A program made the translations under genes and the position numbers. A stretch of 63,810 nucleotides of DNA, counting the filler, from Craspedostauros australis (lineage: Eukaryota), in the NCBI GenBank assembly GCA_030167865.1. It is 11 parts of 11 records of this genome, joined end to end, with 100 filler letters (N's around TTAATTAATTAA, not from the genome) between each part and the next. Parts side by side here need not be neighbours in the genome. Positions count along the whole stretch, not along the records: positions 1 to 22,384 come from JALAGF010004131.1; positions 22,485 to 25,101 come from JALAGF010004134.1; 9 more parts are not named here. One strand, 5' to 3'. Below the pieces are notes generated by a model. That model worked only from the letters and a program-made list of their open reading frames with translations. It did not search any database and was not told where the DNA came from. Position 1 is the stretch's first letter, and every line of letters begins with the position of its first letter. This document shows, piece after piece, positions 11,751-22,747 of the stretch.

Positions 11751-14700
11751 CGCGAAACTGGATGCCAAGCAAGATCGTCTCCGATCAGGTCACTCCACAC
11801 TCCAACAGCGTGTCCAAGTGCACACTGCTTCCAATGCCTTCGCCTCCTCTATGATGAACAAGTATTGGTGCGACAATGAACTCCAGAGATCAGTTGGCCA
11901 TGTCCCCTCCTCTTGTCTTCTCTTGGTATTGTCGCCTGCCAACACTTGTGACTTCTTGCTCAAAGAGGCATCCACCATGATCCAACGCAACGTGACGCAA
12001 CCAAGAGCGACCCAACGCCTCCTGGTCTCCATTTTGTCTTCTCTCTTGCTCCGTTCTGCCTCCGCAGCGGATTCGCCCATTCCCAAATCCAATCTTGTTC
12101 CCAAGTCTGTCCTTCGATGGATTGAACAGGCATTGGTCCGTTGAGTCGACATGGTTGATTCATTCCAACGAGTCACATCACATCGACAATCAAAACCCGC
12201 ACTTCAAATTTTGAATCACGTGGCGGCATGTCTGTGGCGGTTTCAAAAGCCAGTGGTAAAAATTGAAACAAGGAGGCGTTGTGTCCATCCCGTTCGAGGA
12301 ACACGCAGAGAGGTTCAAACGTTATGGCGGAATCCAATGATGTGGTGAATTGAATTTGGTCGAGCAGGGTCTTGGACAGTGGTGGGGTGTGATGGAAGAG
12401 CGCTATCGCATGTTCAACTGATGACCTGTCTGGGATGGCAATGCGCTTCAACGCATTGGTGTCTTGGGAGGCAGAGAGGGAAGAGCAGGGGCAACGAGCA
12501 GAAGCTGTCTGCCGGGCGAGTGGCGCTGCATTCAAAATGACTTTGATTCAACTGCAAATCCCACCAAAGGAGGAGGGCGAACGGATGTGATGCCCATGTG
12601 TTGGAGTCCGCCATGGCGGTATCCCACTCTGTGTCGAAGAATTGGTTGAGCAGTAAAGCAGTGTATCGTAGGTTGGACTATAATAGTGTTGCATGAGGTC
12701 TTGATTATTTGCACAGAGTGTAGTAGAAGAGCGTAGATGATGCAATAGGTCCTCCATGCATGTTCACCAAGTATTGGTGCTGATGGTTGATGAATTCAAC
12801 GGAGAGAGGGTTGGACGTTGAGATAGTTGACATGATCGAGGATAACAGTCAGAGAGAGAGAGAGAGCTACTAATTGTATGGTATCACTCACGGACTTGGA
12901 AATGCAGCATCGGCACAGCAATGGATTTGCGGAAGTGTCACTGTCGGTCTTTGGTTGGGAGGTCATGCGTGACCACATACGAGCGGGATGCAGATGATGC
13001 TCGAAGTTTGACGCAACGCACCCACTCGGCGAGCACATGGGCTATGTCTTTCGTCGAGTCGCAGGTGGCGCGATACTCAACAGAGACAGAGTGTGTCTGT
13101 GTGTGCCGTGGTGTGTGTTACGACAACTGGGAACCAGGGGATACTAACACAGGTGCTTTTTACCATACTCGGCATCCCCAAAGCATCGGCATGGTGGACG
13201 AGAGTAAGTAGAATCCCGCGATCTCATAATCGTCCACCGACGCTTCACTCTTTTTGCGTGACATGACAAAGATGGCAAGTTGGAGTTTTGGCGCCAGAGC
13301 GGATGCGTTCGCTCACATTTTTGGTTTCGGGACTTCCTCGTTTCCTCCTTTTTTCCATTCCCTGGGTTCTCAATTGCGGTTGCGTTGTTTGTGCGTGCAG
13401 ACCAGGCCGATGAGAAACAAAGGGCGGAGCAAAACAGAACAAAAACAAAAATCAAACATCAACGAGGTGGACAATAATGGCCATCCCTTGCATGAAGGAA
13501 GCGTGTCAACGGAACACCGAGCATTGGAATGCTTCGAATCAATTTTTAACAATGTGGCGGCATATCGCACGTACTGTACGATACGAGCGCATGTGGAGTA
13601 CCACTGGCTCTTGGCAGAGAGTCGAGTAAAAATGATGGCGCATGTCACAGTCTACGAACGTATCTTGCGCACGTGTGCGTACCGACGAAGAACGACGATG
13701 ATTGTGTTGATTGATTTCATGGTGGACGCAATCGTGGCTATTGACGGAGCAGAGCAGTAGCTCGTAGCAAAGTATTCTACTATGTAGTGGTAGAACGGAA
13801 GATTCGATTGAATGGTACAACGCACGGAGGTGACGATGCTTGTCAGTTGGAACGCAGTCGTGTGGAGATCAATACAACCTATCATACTCAAGATAGAATA
13901 GTATGAAATGGTTGAGCAGAACAGTGTGAAAGCCATCGAGCATGATAGATAGTTGTAGATCGTACTCTTTGAGTAGTTGTGCCTGTCTTTGATGCGTTTG
14001 ATTGTCTCTCTTTAGAATTCAAACAGGTTGAACAGAACAGACCACCCAATACTGTACCCAGAGCATCATACGTTACGAATCTAGTATAATGCTATAGCTC
14101 GTATGGTAGGTGAGAGGAGGAGGGAAGATTCGGCCAACAAAGCGCAAAGACAGATGAATTGAGTTGGAGCAGGATTGGCAGTTCTACTCCTACTCCTTCT
14201 TCTAGTCCCACTCCCGATGGTGGTAAAGTTCTCGAATCTGCGGAACGATGAAAGGCGGAGGTCGGTGGCCAAGATTGTTGGTGATGAAAAAGGAGGAGAG
14301 ACCCAGGAACGGACGCGGTGGCGAAATCGCGGGAGGACGTTTGGTCATGACGTTTTGTGTTGATCGTCGTGCGCAAATTTGTGAGGGGGGTGTTTGAAAA
14401 AATATGGGTGCAACGGCCTGTGTTCATGTGTGTTCGGAGAGGTCGACAGGCTGGCTGGCCGATGTCGACATAATTAGCCACGTCAAATCACGGTCATTAA
14501 CACGACAGTCCCTCGGGATAACCGCCTGTTTTGGCGCCTTCTCACAAAATTGCAGTTTTAAAATTTGATCTCAAATCCCCAATCCTCTTTGTGGGTGAGG
14601 AGGAAAGTTTCCCGTCGGCCAGGTGAGTTTGAGTTTGAGTCTGGGTCCGACGGTTGCCTTGACAAGAGTCTGACAGCAGTGTGACAGCAATTGATGACAA

Positions 14701-15247
14701 AGCGGACGGATAACAGTATTGGTGGGTGGAGCAGAAGCGCAAGGGAGCGGTGTACGACATGCGAAACAACAGTGGAGAAGGATGATGTGATGTCGCAGCC
14801 GCCTTTCGAACATCTGTGGCTTCAGCAATAATAGATAATAGTAGTACAAACACCCCGCGAGATACCGTACCCTGCCACACTCTGTTCTGTGTGGTTCAAT
14901 TCGATCCATGCATTGGGACGAGCAAGAGCGACTTGGTATTACCCACATGACCATCCATGTCTCCTTCCTCTTCCAAGACTTCCAACACAACCAACACAAC
15001 GACCATCTGGGATCATAGTCGTGTAGCACCATAAACTACTGCTTGTATTCACAGTACTCATACTCATAGTAGTACTAATACGCACCCACAAACGCATCCG
15101 TAGTCATACACAACAAGCACACCGATACGGGCAGAATACGCAGCGTACTTGCAACAAGGAATAAGTTGCTCATCCAACACTCACAATAACCACACTGACA
15201 TCAATCATAATATCAGCAACAATCACAACAACAATCAGCACATCAAG

Positions 15248-16672
15248 ATGTACCAATCCAACAACGCACAGAAGCTGCAGCAGCATGGAGACTCGTCTCA
15301 GCCACGCAAGATGACGCAGCCACTCGGAAGCTCGTTCACTCTGCTGCCATGCGTGTCGAAGGACGATGCCACCCACTCGGTCACTCCGAGACGCGTCGCT
15401 GCTTCGTCCGGAGTCCCTCCCTCCCAATCAGCTTCTGCTATCGCAACTGCTGTCACAACTGCTTCCAAGAAGGGCACCCAGACCAGCAGCAGGTTGAGCA
15501 GCAGGTTGAGCACTGGAACTTCGCCGACCCATGAATCCGCATCCACTGAGCCACTCAATGATCAGCGGCAGTCTGCGGAAGATGATTGCCCTCACAGAGC
15601 GAAGCAGCAGCTGCACCAGAGAGCGACCGTGTCGCCCTTCGAACCCACGTCCGCCAGCACCAACACAGGCACAAGCAGCAGCACCAACGCCAACACCATT
15701 GCTGCAGTTGCCTCTGCACGCACCAGGAAATGCATCAGCCACAGCTATTCCGGCTCTGCCAGCAAAATCATTCCGACGAGACGGGCTTCGTCGCGACAGG
15801 CCAAGCGATTCTCGACGCAGCGATACTACTTCGGACTGCCCAAGGCGTTCCAGCCAGCGGGTGGGCGTGTCACTGCTCGTACTCATGTCAACCGCAGCCA
15901 AAGATGGTCCACCCATTCTCCAACTGCCCATCAGCCACGGCAACATAGTTATCAGCCCCAACATGATTATCACCACCAGCACCAGCAGTACGCAGCGGCA
16001 CACCACCATGAGTATCAACAGCAACATTCCCACATGCAATCGCAATCGCAAACACAATCACAAACGCAGTTCCACCACTACCCACAGTCGACCGAGAAGC
16101 AGGCGCACGGTGCATTCCGCCCACCGAGATGCCCGGCCCTTGGACGTCTCCATTCCGAACCTGTCATGCGATCCGTCACACGAGACTTTGCGGAGACATG
16201 GTATGCTGCTCAACGCGCCTCGGCATACGCTTACAGCCACGCACAGGCACAAACACAGGCACAGGCGGAGCATGGATATGCTCATGCCCGCGCTTCGCAT
16301 CATGCCAACTACCACCATCACCAGATGACGGTGCCGCACATGCTCACGCCCACACCCACAACCCACGTGTCTCACAATGCGCTGTCCTCCGCATCCAGGG
16401 ACTTGCTGCAGGACTTCAGTCGCGAGGCCGGTGCAGCGCGTCCTCCTTACTCCTACCACTACGCGCACAGCTATGCCCACCCGGCCTACTTCACGCCATG
16501 CGTCGTCAGCGCCTCCACGCCTCTCAAGCAACTCGATCCGCCTCATGAGCTCATGGATCTTCCACCCACCATCTTCATCGCCAACGGATACACCTCGGTT
16601 CCCAAGGATGAAGATCTGTCGGATGAAGATGATGACGACGAGGATGAGATCGACAATGACGAAGAGCAGTAG
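15248..16672 (+). CDS. Hypothetical low-complexity (S/T, Q/H-rich, acidic tail) protein
   Basis: Long ORF (15149..16672) with first ATG at 15248; no recognisable domain. Confidence 0.55.
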   Translation: MYQSNNAQKLQQHGDSSQPRKMTQPLGSSFTLLPCVSKDDATHSVTPRRVAASSGVPPSQSASAIATAVTTASKKGTQTSSRLSSRLSTGTSPTHESASTEPLNDQRQSAEDDCPHRAKQQLHQRATVSPFEPTSASTNTGTSSSTNANTIAAVASARTRKCISHSYSGSASKIIPTRRASSRQAKRFSTQRYYFGLPKAFQPAGGRVTARTHVNRSQRWSTHSPTAHQPRQHSYQPQHDYHHQHQQYAAAHHHEYQQQHSHMQSQSQTQSQTQFHHYPQSTEKQAHGAFRPPRCPALGRLHSEPVMRSVTRDFAETWYAAQRASAYAYSHAQAQTQAQAEHGYAHARASHHANYHHHQMTVPHMLTPTPTTHVSHNALSSASRDLLQDFSREAGAARPPYSYHYAHSYAHPAYFTPCVVSASTPLKQLDPPHELMDLPPTIFIANGYTSVPKDEDLSDEDDDDEDEIDNDEEQ

Positions 16673-18617
16673 AGCCGTAGCGTGTAACGTCGCGTGCCAC
16701 CAGTAACTCTAATACAGCTCACTTTCCAACCACAATCCAACATGAACGATTCTCATCGATACCATACTTGTGGCGTACAGTGTTCCACCTGCTGCAATGC
16801 TCGTGCCATCGATCAGTCCAAAGAAGAGTGGAAAAGGAGTGCGCACGTGAAAGCCGCTTCACACAATTTGCCTGTTGCGCGATCGCGAAATTGGGCATGT
16901 TCACTATCAGCGGACAACTCGCGAAAGCCGATCAGCACATCGCTGCCAACGCAGTATCATGGAGTCGTTGGTTGGAAATGCCAAAGTCGCGAATGTTCTG
17001 CACCCTCCTCTACGCCATGGGCAACGTCCGGGCACCAGTCTGAGCGCGGCAGACCACCGCGATGAACTCAAAAACGTGTTCAACGTTGTGCCAATCAACC
17101 ATGCTGCCCTGTGGATGAGCGTCGGTATGTCAACAGCACAACAGTACTCCATTTGTTCTAGAGAGCATAGAATCAACAGCTCCAACTGACGACCGATGCG
17201 CGGAACGGCCTGGTTCCAGACGCGTCTGTGATTATCCAACCCACACAAAGGCGTCGAATATTCATACGGTGTCTCTCGTTTATGGTTGGCTCGTCGTGAT
17301 GTCTGCTTGACTTGACTCTCCCTCTCTCGACAGCATAGCACAACAATGGCCTTCGATGCGTAGACGGTGGGAATTTCCTGTCCATACAGCACTTGCATCA
17401 TCTTCATCTCACGCACTTGCCGACATCGTATTGGCGATAGTAGTTGGAATTCCGCACAATTGTTCAAACCGCGTCGTGTGAAGGAACAACCGAGACAGCG
17501 CCTCACATTTTGCGAGCGAGAAAGGATGAGTTTTCAGTCATGTCAACATCAAGACAAGCACGACATCGCGAAGTCGAAGATTTGGCGAAGTGTCGTTTCA
17601 ATTGTGAAAGGAATATGAAAAGCACAAGCACCGAATCATGAACATCCAGATTGCTCCTTGTAATTTCATTCCAAATAGCACACACGCCTATTCGTGTATT
17701 AGTTTAGTCACGCTTCTGTCTGTTGAAAGAAGCACGATAGACATATCGTGATAGAGATGGTTGAAGTACAGAGACCAAATCATGTACATCGAAATGGAAC
17801 ACTGAACAGGTAGCACAAGCACCAATTCAGTATAATAGATTTGGTACCATCAAAAAGGTTTAAAAGTTGCGGTAAATCCAATTATATTTGCATATGATAT
17901 GATGTTTGAAATAAATATACAATATTACGTACGTTAGCCGTACGTAGGCGTTTCGCCACTGATAGCCATGCAAATAAGCCTAGATATTAGTTGCTCTCGA
18001 AAGGGGCGCACTTCGTCCGTTGGTGACCATGCTTTCAGGCGATAGCTCGGTTCATGATTTTACAAAGGTTGTTTTTCATCCACATTAGCAACCGGAGATG
18101 TAGCCGCCGTTTGAGTGGATCGATGCATGAACCTGTCCTCGTGCGTTCGCTGGAATCAAATTTAGAGCAGCCGCAGAGCACATTTCTGGACTCGTACAAC
18201 CTTCGCAAGACAAGGAGCCGCCATGGCAGGAAGCAGCCCGCAAAGCACAGTGTAACATGATGGCTGAAAGATGAAACTGTCATATTTATTGGTTGTATCG
18301 TACAAAGTTGTTGCTTGTCATGTTCTCGTTGAGGAATAGAGACCTTCCGAGGCAGGTGATTGATCGATTGGTTGGAAGTGGTGGTGACTGGACGGGCAGT
18401 TCATACCCATTCATCCATCCACTCCTTCACTCATCCGCTCGTATCATTCACTCGTCTCGGTTATCAATCCATTCGTCAATGTGAGGACGTGATGCTCGCA
18501 GACGCGCTTGTACGCACATCTGTAAGTATGATCATTGTCTTTCCATCTTCGTCTTTTTCTTTGGTGGTTTTCTTTCTTGTCTGTCTTCTGTGGTTGTGCA
18601 ATAGGCTATTGCACTTC

Positions 18618-18740
18618 AAGAGCATTCCAGTTGTTCCCTACCGCGCGCATTATCACGATCAGGTTCTAACGGTTTGAACGTTGGATCTTCAACATTTTAC
18701 GAATCTCAGCACTCAATGGCTCCCGCAAACGGAATGTCTT
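18618..18740 (-). ncRNA. TPP (thiamine pyrophosphate) riboswitch aptamer, putatively in the 3' UTR of the SSS transporter
   Basis: Minus strand reads AAGACAUUCCGUUU-GCGG-GAGCCAUUGAGUG-CUGAGA-UUCGUAA-AAUGUUG-AAGAUC-CAACGUU-CAA-ACCGU-UAGAA-CCUGAU-CGUG-AUAAUG-CGCG-CGGU-AGGGA-ACAACUGGAAUGCUCUU. All core TPP motifs (CUGAGA, GAACCUGAU, UAAUG, AGGGA) are in order, with P1, P2, an extra P3a hairpin, P4 and P5 pairings. Confidence 0.9.
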
Positions 18741-19137
18741 GGAATTAGACACATCAGATAGTCTTGTTTCTGTGGTGGTTTGGTGGAACGAGGAAGGGGC
18801 GGTAAGAAAGAGGGGGAAGCATGGATGAATTGGAGTGTGAGATGGGATGGGACGCGGTGAAGGCATGATGAATCACCACCATCCGAGTATTTGTGTGCGG
18901 TTGCTGTACGCCGAAACCGCCGCCGCCGGGTGCCACTTACTTTTTCATATGTATTGGTTTGTGTTCGTGTTGTGGAAGTATCACCAATCGTTTTGCAAGA
19001 TCAGCTTCACGACGGGTAGAACCTTCACGACGGGCAGAGCCGTCAGGAAGGTGCTGCGTTGTGATACTTCAGCAAGTGAATCTCCTTGTGGTCCCATTAG
19101 GATGGACCACATGGACGAATAATCGCTTGCTCTCTCT

Positions 19138-20928
19138 CTAGGCGGAGAGCTCCGAACCAGAACGGCCGGACCCGTCCATCTTCTTGGCATCGTCATCGTC
19201 GTGCTTGGAAGGATCGTCCTTGGCGAGATCATCCTTGCGGAGTTCGTCGCTGGAGGAGTCGCCCTTGCTGAGCTCCTTCGCCTCGGCGTCGTTGGCACCT
19301 TCGTCGACGGTGTCCTTGTCATCATCGTCGAATGCGACTGGGATGAGGGGCGAGCGGGCGCGTTCGCCGCGGGCCATGATGTCGATGAAGGAGAAGACGT
19401 AGGTCATAACGGCAGAAACGGCCGGGGTCACGATGAAGGAGACCATGGTCTTGCTTCCGCAGAGGGAGCAGATGCCCTCGTTCTCGAGCCAGAAGTACTC
19501 GAAGACACCGCCGTCGACGTCGTTGATGACGCCGTTGATCAAGACAGTGGCCATGCCGCTGAGGATTCCGAGGAAGGCACCCAGCTCGGTTGGTGCCGGG
19601 AGCATGCCTCCGAACATGTCCTTCTTTTGGAGTCCGAGGAAGGTTGGGAAGGCGGCCGTCGCGGCGACGAGATCGGCGACGAGGAAGAGGGAGATGACGT
19701 CGTACTTGTCCGACGCCATGTAGACAGCCGGGATGTTGAGGAGGACGACCAAGATACGTGCGATAGTCTGCGGCTTGTATCCGATCTTGACCAAGTCGTG
19801 GTAGAAGATGGAGGTGATTCCATTCTGCATACTGTCGATGGAGGAAGCGCAGAGGGCTGTCACGAGGATGAGAGAGATGACGTGCCATCCATTCGACAAT
19901 GGCTCCAAGAGGTCAAAGAACGCGAGGAAGGCGAACTTCTCGAAGTTGTCGTAGGCCTCTGGGTCGTTGGCGTAGGCGATCATTCCCATGATTCCGAAGA
20001 ACATCATGAGAAGGAAGATGAGGAGGGAGCCAAGGCCGAACCCCTTGCGGAGGGTTGGGACGTCCTTGGCGGCCCAGACACGCTGCCAAGTGGACTGGTT
20101 GAACATCTCAGCGGCGGCGATGGCGAGGATGAGGGTGACGGCGGCCATGAGACCCTCATCGGTGATATCGGAGGCCTTGGAGAACTCGCTGGAGCTGATC
20201 TGATTGTCGTCGCTGGACGTGACCGCGCCGAGGATGAGGACGACCAGGAAGAACATCATGACACCTTGAAACTTGTCGGTGACGATGGAAGCTGGGAGTC
20301 CGGCCACGCCGGTGTAGAAGAGCGTGAAGACGGCAATCGTGATGGTGACGCCAATTCCGAACCACTCGCGCATCTCGCCGGTGAGGAGAGCGTAGACGTT
20401 GCTGATGGTGGTGAGCTCCGCCACGATGGAGATGAACATCAAGAATCCGGAGATGCAGGCGATGGACATCTGCATGACGCGGCCGTAGCGCAAACGTCCG
20501 AAGTCGGTGGTGGAGAAGGCGCGGTGGCCTTCGGACTGCTCGCGGACCTTGGGTCCGAGCCAGCAAATGATGAGGGCCGGGATGGAGCTGGCTCCGGAGT
20601 ATCCGAGGACACCCAACCAGGAGAGCTGCGGGTTGGCACCCATCTCGGTGGTTCCGTAGACGATCCATGCACCCATGCCAGAGGCGAAGTTGGACAGGGC
20701 GATGGACCAGACCCCGGCGGAGTTTCTGGCGGCGAGGAAGTAGTCGATGGCGCCGGCAGCAGTTCCGCCCTCACCCACCTTTGGCTGGTCGAGCAAGAGG
20801 AACCTGGAGACGTTCTCGGGGATGAGGTGGGACATGAAGTCGGCGGCTGCGATGGCCAACATTGTGAAGATGATGAGGACCACGAACAGGATCGCCCATG
20901 CTGCGGATTCACTCACGTTGAACCCCAT
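19138..20928 (-). CDS. Sodium:solute symporter family transporter (SSSP-like, probable thiamine/thiamine-precursor uptake)
   Basis: 596 aa, many TM segments, SSS motifs (DYFLAARN, FASGMGAW, YTGVAGLPASIVTDKFQG, QSTWQRVWAAKD); strong codon bias; TPP aptamer downstream on the same strand. Confidence 0.88.
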   Translation of the reverse strand: MGFNVSESAAWAILFVVLIIFTMLAIAAADFMSHLIPENVSRFLLLDQPKVGEGGTAAGAIDYFLAARNSAGVWSIALSNFASGMGAWIVYGTTEMGANPQLSWLGVLGYSGASSIPALIICWLGPKVREQSEGHRAFSTTDFGRLRYGRVMQMSIACISGFLMFISIVAELTTISNVYALLTGEMREWFGIGVTITIAVFTLFYTGVAGLPASIVTDKFQGVMMFFLVVLILGAVTSSDDNQISSSEFSKASDITDEGLMAAVTLILAIAAAEMFNQSTWQRVWAAKDVPTLRKGFGLGSLLIFLLMMFFGIMGMIAYANDPEAYDNFEKFAFLAFFDLLEPLSNGWHVISLILVTALCASSIDSMQNGITSIFYHDLVKIGYKPQTIARILVVLLNIPAVYMASDKYDVISLFLVADLVAATAAFPTFLGLQKKDMFGGMLPAPTELGAFLGILSGMATVLINGVINDVDGGVFEYFWLENEGICSLCGSKTMVSFIVTPAVSAVMTYVFSFIDIMARGERARSPLIPVAFDDDDKDTVDEGANDAEAKELSKGDSSSDELRKDDLAKDDPSKHDDDDAKKMDGSGRSGSELSA

Positions 20929-22384
20929 GGTCGATGGTTTGGTTGGTTACTTGGTAAGTTGGTTAGTGTTTTAGCTGCTTAATTTGCCTGCTGGTCAGTT
21001 TGTTTTTCTGAACCAGAAGCAAATTTTGTGAGTGGTGGAGTTTGAGATTCGGTGGTGCCGATGGTGGTGGTGACGATGGTGGTGGTGACCGTGATGGATC
21101 TTCACGCGTTCTTTTAAGAGTACGGAGGAGAACGGATGGACCACAGATTCCACGTGTGGGGGTGGTGTCACATCTTCAACTGACGCTTCGGAACTGATCG
21201 GATGATTGGATGATAGGCGGAAAGGCCAAATGGTTGGCTGCCCAGTGCCCTGATACCGGAAGAAGGTGGCGGCGGAGTGTAGGCACGCGCACATGTACGA
21301 TCAAGTAGTACCTGATTGCTTGAGACGCCTTGTGTGGACAGGAAGAAAGGCAAACAGATGGATTGAACAAGACCTGAAGGAGCCGCTCTCTGGCTTCCCT
21401 TGCGATGGATGGTGCTCAATCGATCGATGTGCGTTGATTCCGTCAGATCTTCAACTGACGTACCAGACCCGTCCATCGATACCCTCCCTCCCCTCCCTCC
21501 CCTTGACACCTTGACCGGGAAATGAGACGAGCTCGTCTCATCCTTGCTGCCTGTTCTTCACATCCACAAAAAATGTCACCTGTTGCGCCCTCCATTCACG
21601 AAGTCGGATTCGCCTGAACTGAACCAGTGCGACACAAGTTTGTCCTTCAACTGCCGCTCTGAAGACAACATCTGCCAGGGCGCTGTTGTTGGACGATCCA
21701 AACGATCAGAACACCATGAGCCCTCAGCTCGGCCGGAGGCAGCATCGACTGAAATACATTGCTTGATCCTTGACAGCGATCGGTATAGATTGTAGAGTTC
21801 GTGTACTTGTGCTTGTTGGCAATTTTCAGAGTGTAGACTTGTGTAGATCACAGAGGACACGGAAATGAGATGAGGCGAGGCGAGATGAAGGAGTTGCTTG
21901 TTGGAGCAGTTACTAGTAAAGCAAAATCGGCGTCCACAGGGCATCTTATATTTTTATCTAGTTTTTGAATATGTGGGTGGCTTGGTCGACAGCCCCATAT
22001 GAGCCCGATCAGCGAGTCGACCAACTGTTTGCAATCAACATTCCATATTTTTTTCCCGGATTTCAAAACTAAGTACATATTCCCAATCCTCGTAGATCTA
22101 AAACATATACCAATCCATTACAGATCTGAGGTTGGCCGTATTTTAAGTTTTATGGACCGATGGATGTGCGCATTTTTCGATCTCTTTCGGGTTTCAGCTG
22201 TTTGGCTACGACTACATCGATCCAAGTTAACGCGTTGCTGTTCTTTGTTTCAGCAAGGTTGTTCCCATTTTGAATTGTTTAGTTTCTTTTTCAGGCGTTT
22301 CGATCAGAGCATCCAACACCCTGTCCACGATAGCGCTAGTTGTAGAGTTCTGGGAGAAGCGGCGGGTGCGCGTTTACGTCCAAT

Positions 22385-22484
22385 NNNNNNNNNNNNNNNN
22401 NNNNNNNNNNNNNNNNNNNNNNNNNNNNTTAATTAATTAANNNNNNNNNNNNNNNNNNNNNNNNNNNNNNNNNNNNNNNNNNNN
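22385..22484. other. Artificial contig spacer (44 N + TTAATTAATTAA + 44 N); identical spacers start at 25102, 26901, 28699, 46768, 49225, 52775, 57187, 59054, 61099
   Basis: Same 100-nt structure each time; TTAATTAATTAA puts stop codons in all six frames. Confidence 0.97.
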
Positions 22485-22747
22485 TGCAGTATAGTACTAT
22501 CCACAACGCTACGCACAGCATTGGCAAAGCGAGCACAACGTGCAAATCAACCTTCTTTCTTTTCATTGAATGCAAGCAAAAGGGTTGAACTGGTGAATGG
22601 CTCGACATGTGCGGCGTGCCATTGGATGGATCACTGATCATCTGCTTGAATCATAGTTACTAGTACTACTCTGATTCCTCGTCTGATCCATCTTCTTCAT
22701 TCCATGACATGCTTGCTCCTCAGTCTGGTGTTGTTGTCGTTGGTGCT

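Noticed and set aside
11800..15100. Short ORFs in the long intergenic region upstream of OCRL (also 16700-18600 and 62600-63810)
   Set aside because: No recognisable protein or RNA features by eye; no tRNA, rRNA or snRNA signatures seen.
19201..20982. 593-aa ORF antisense to the SSS transporter (likewise 52827..54218 antisense to DUR3)
   Set aside because: Shadow ORFs caused by strong C-ending codon bias in the real genes; no domain-like content.
21938..22324. Possible MITE bounded by CAGGG...CCCTG with TCCA on both sides
   Set aside because: Only 5 bp of perfect terminal repeat and no second copy in the window; insufficient support.
22429..22440. Recurrent TTAATTAATTAA motif as a biological repeat or CRISPR-like array
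   Set aside because: Always centred in exactly 44+44 N; it is a synthetic six-frame stop linker.
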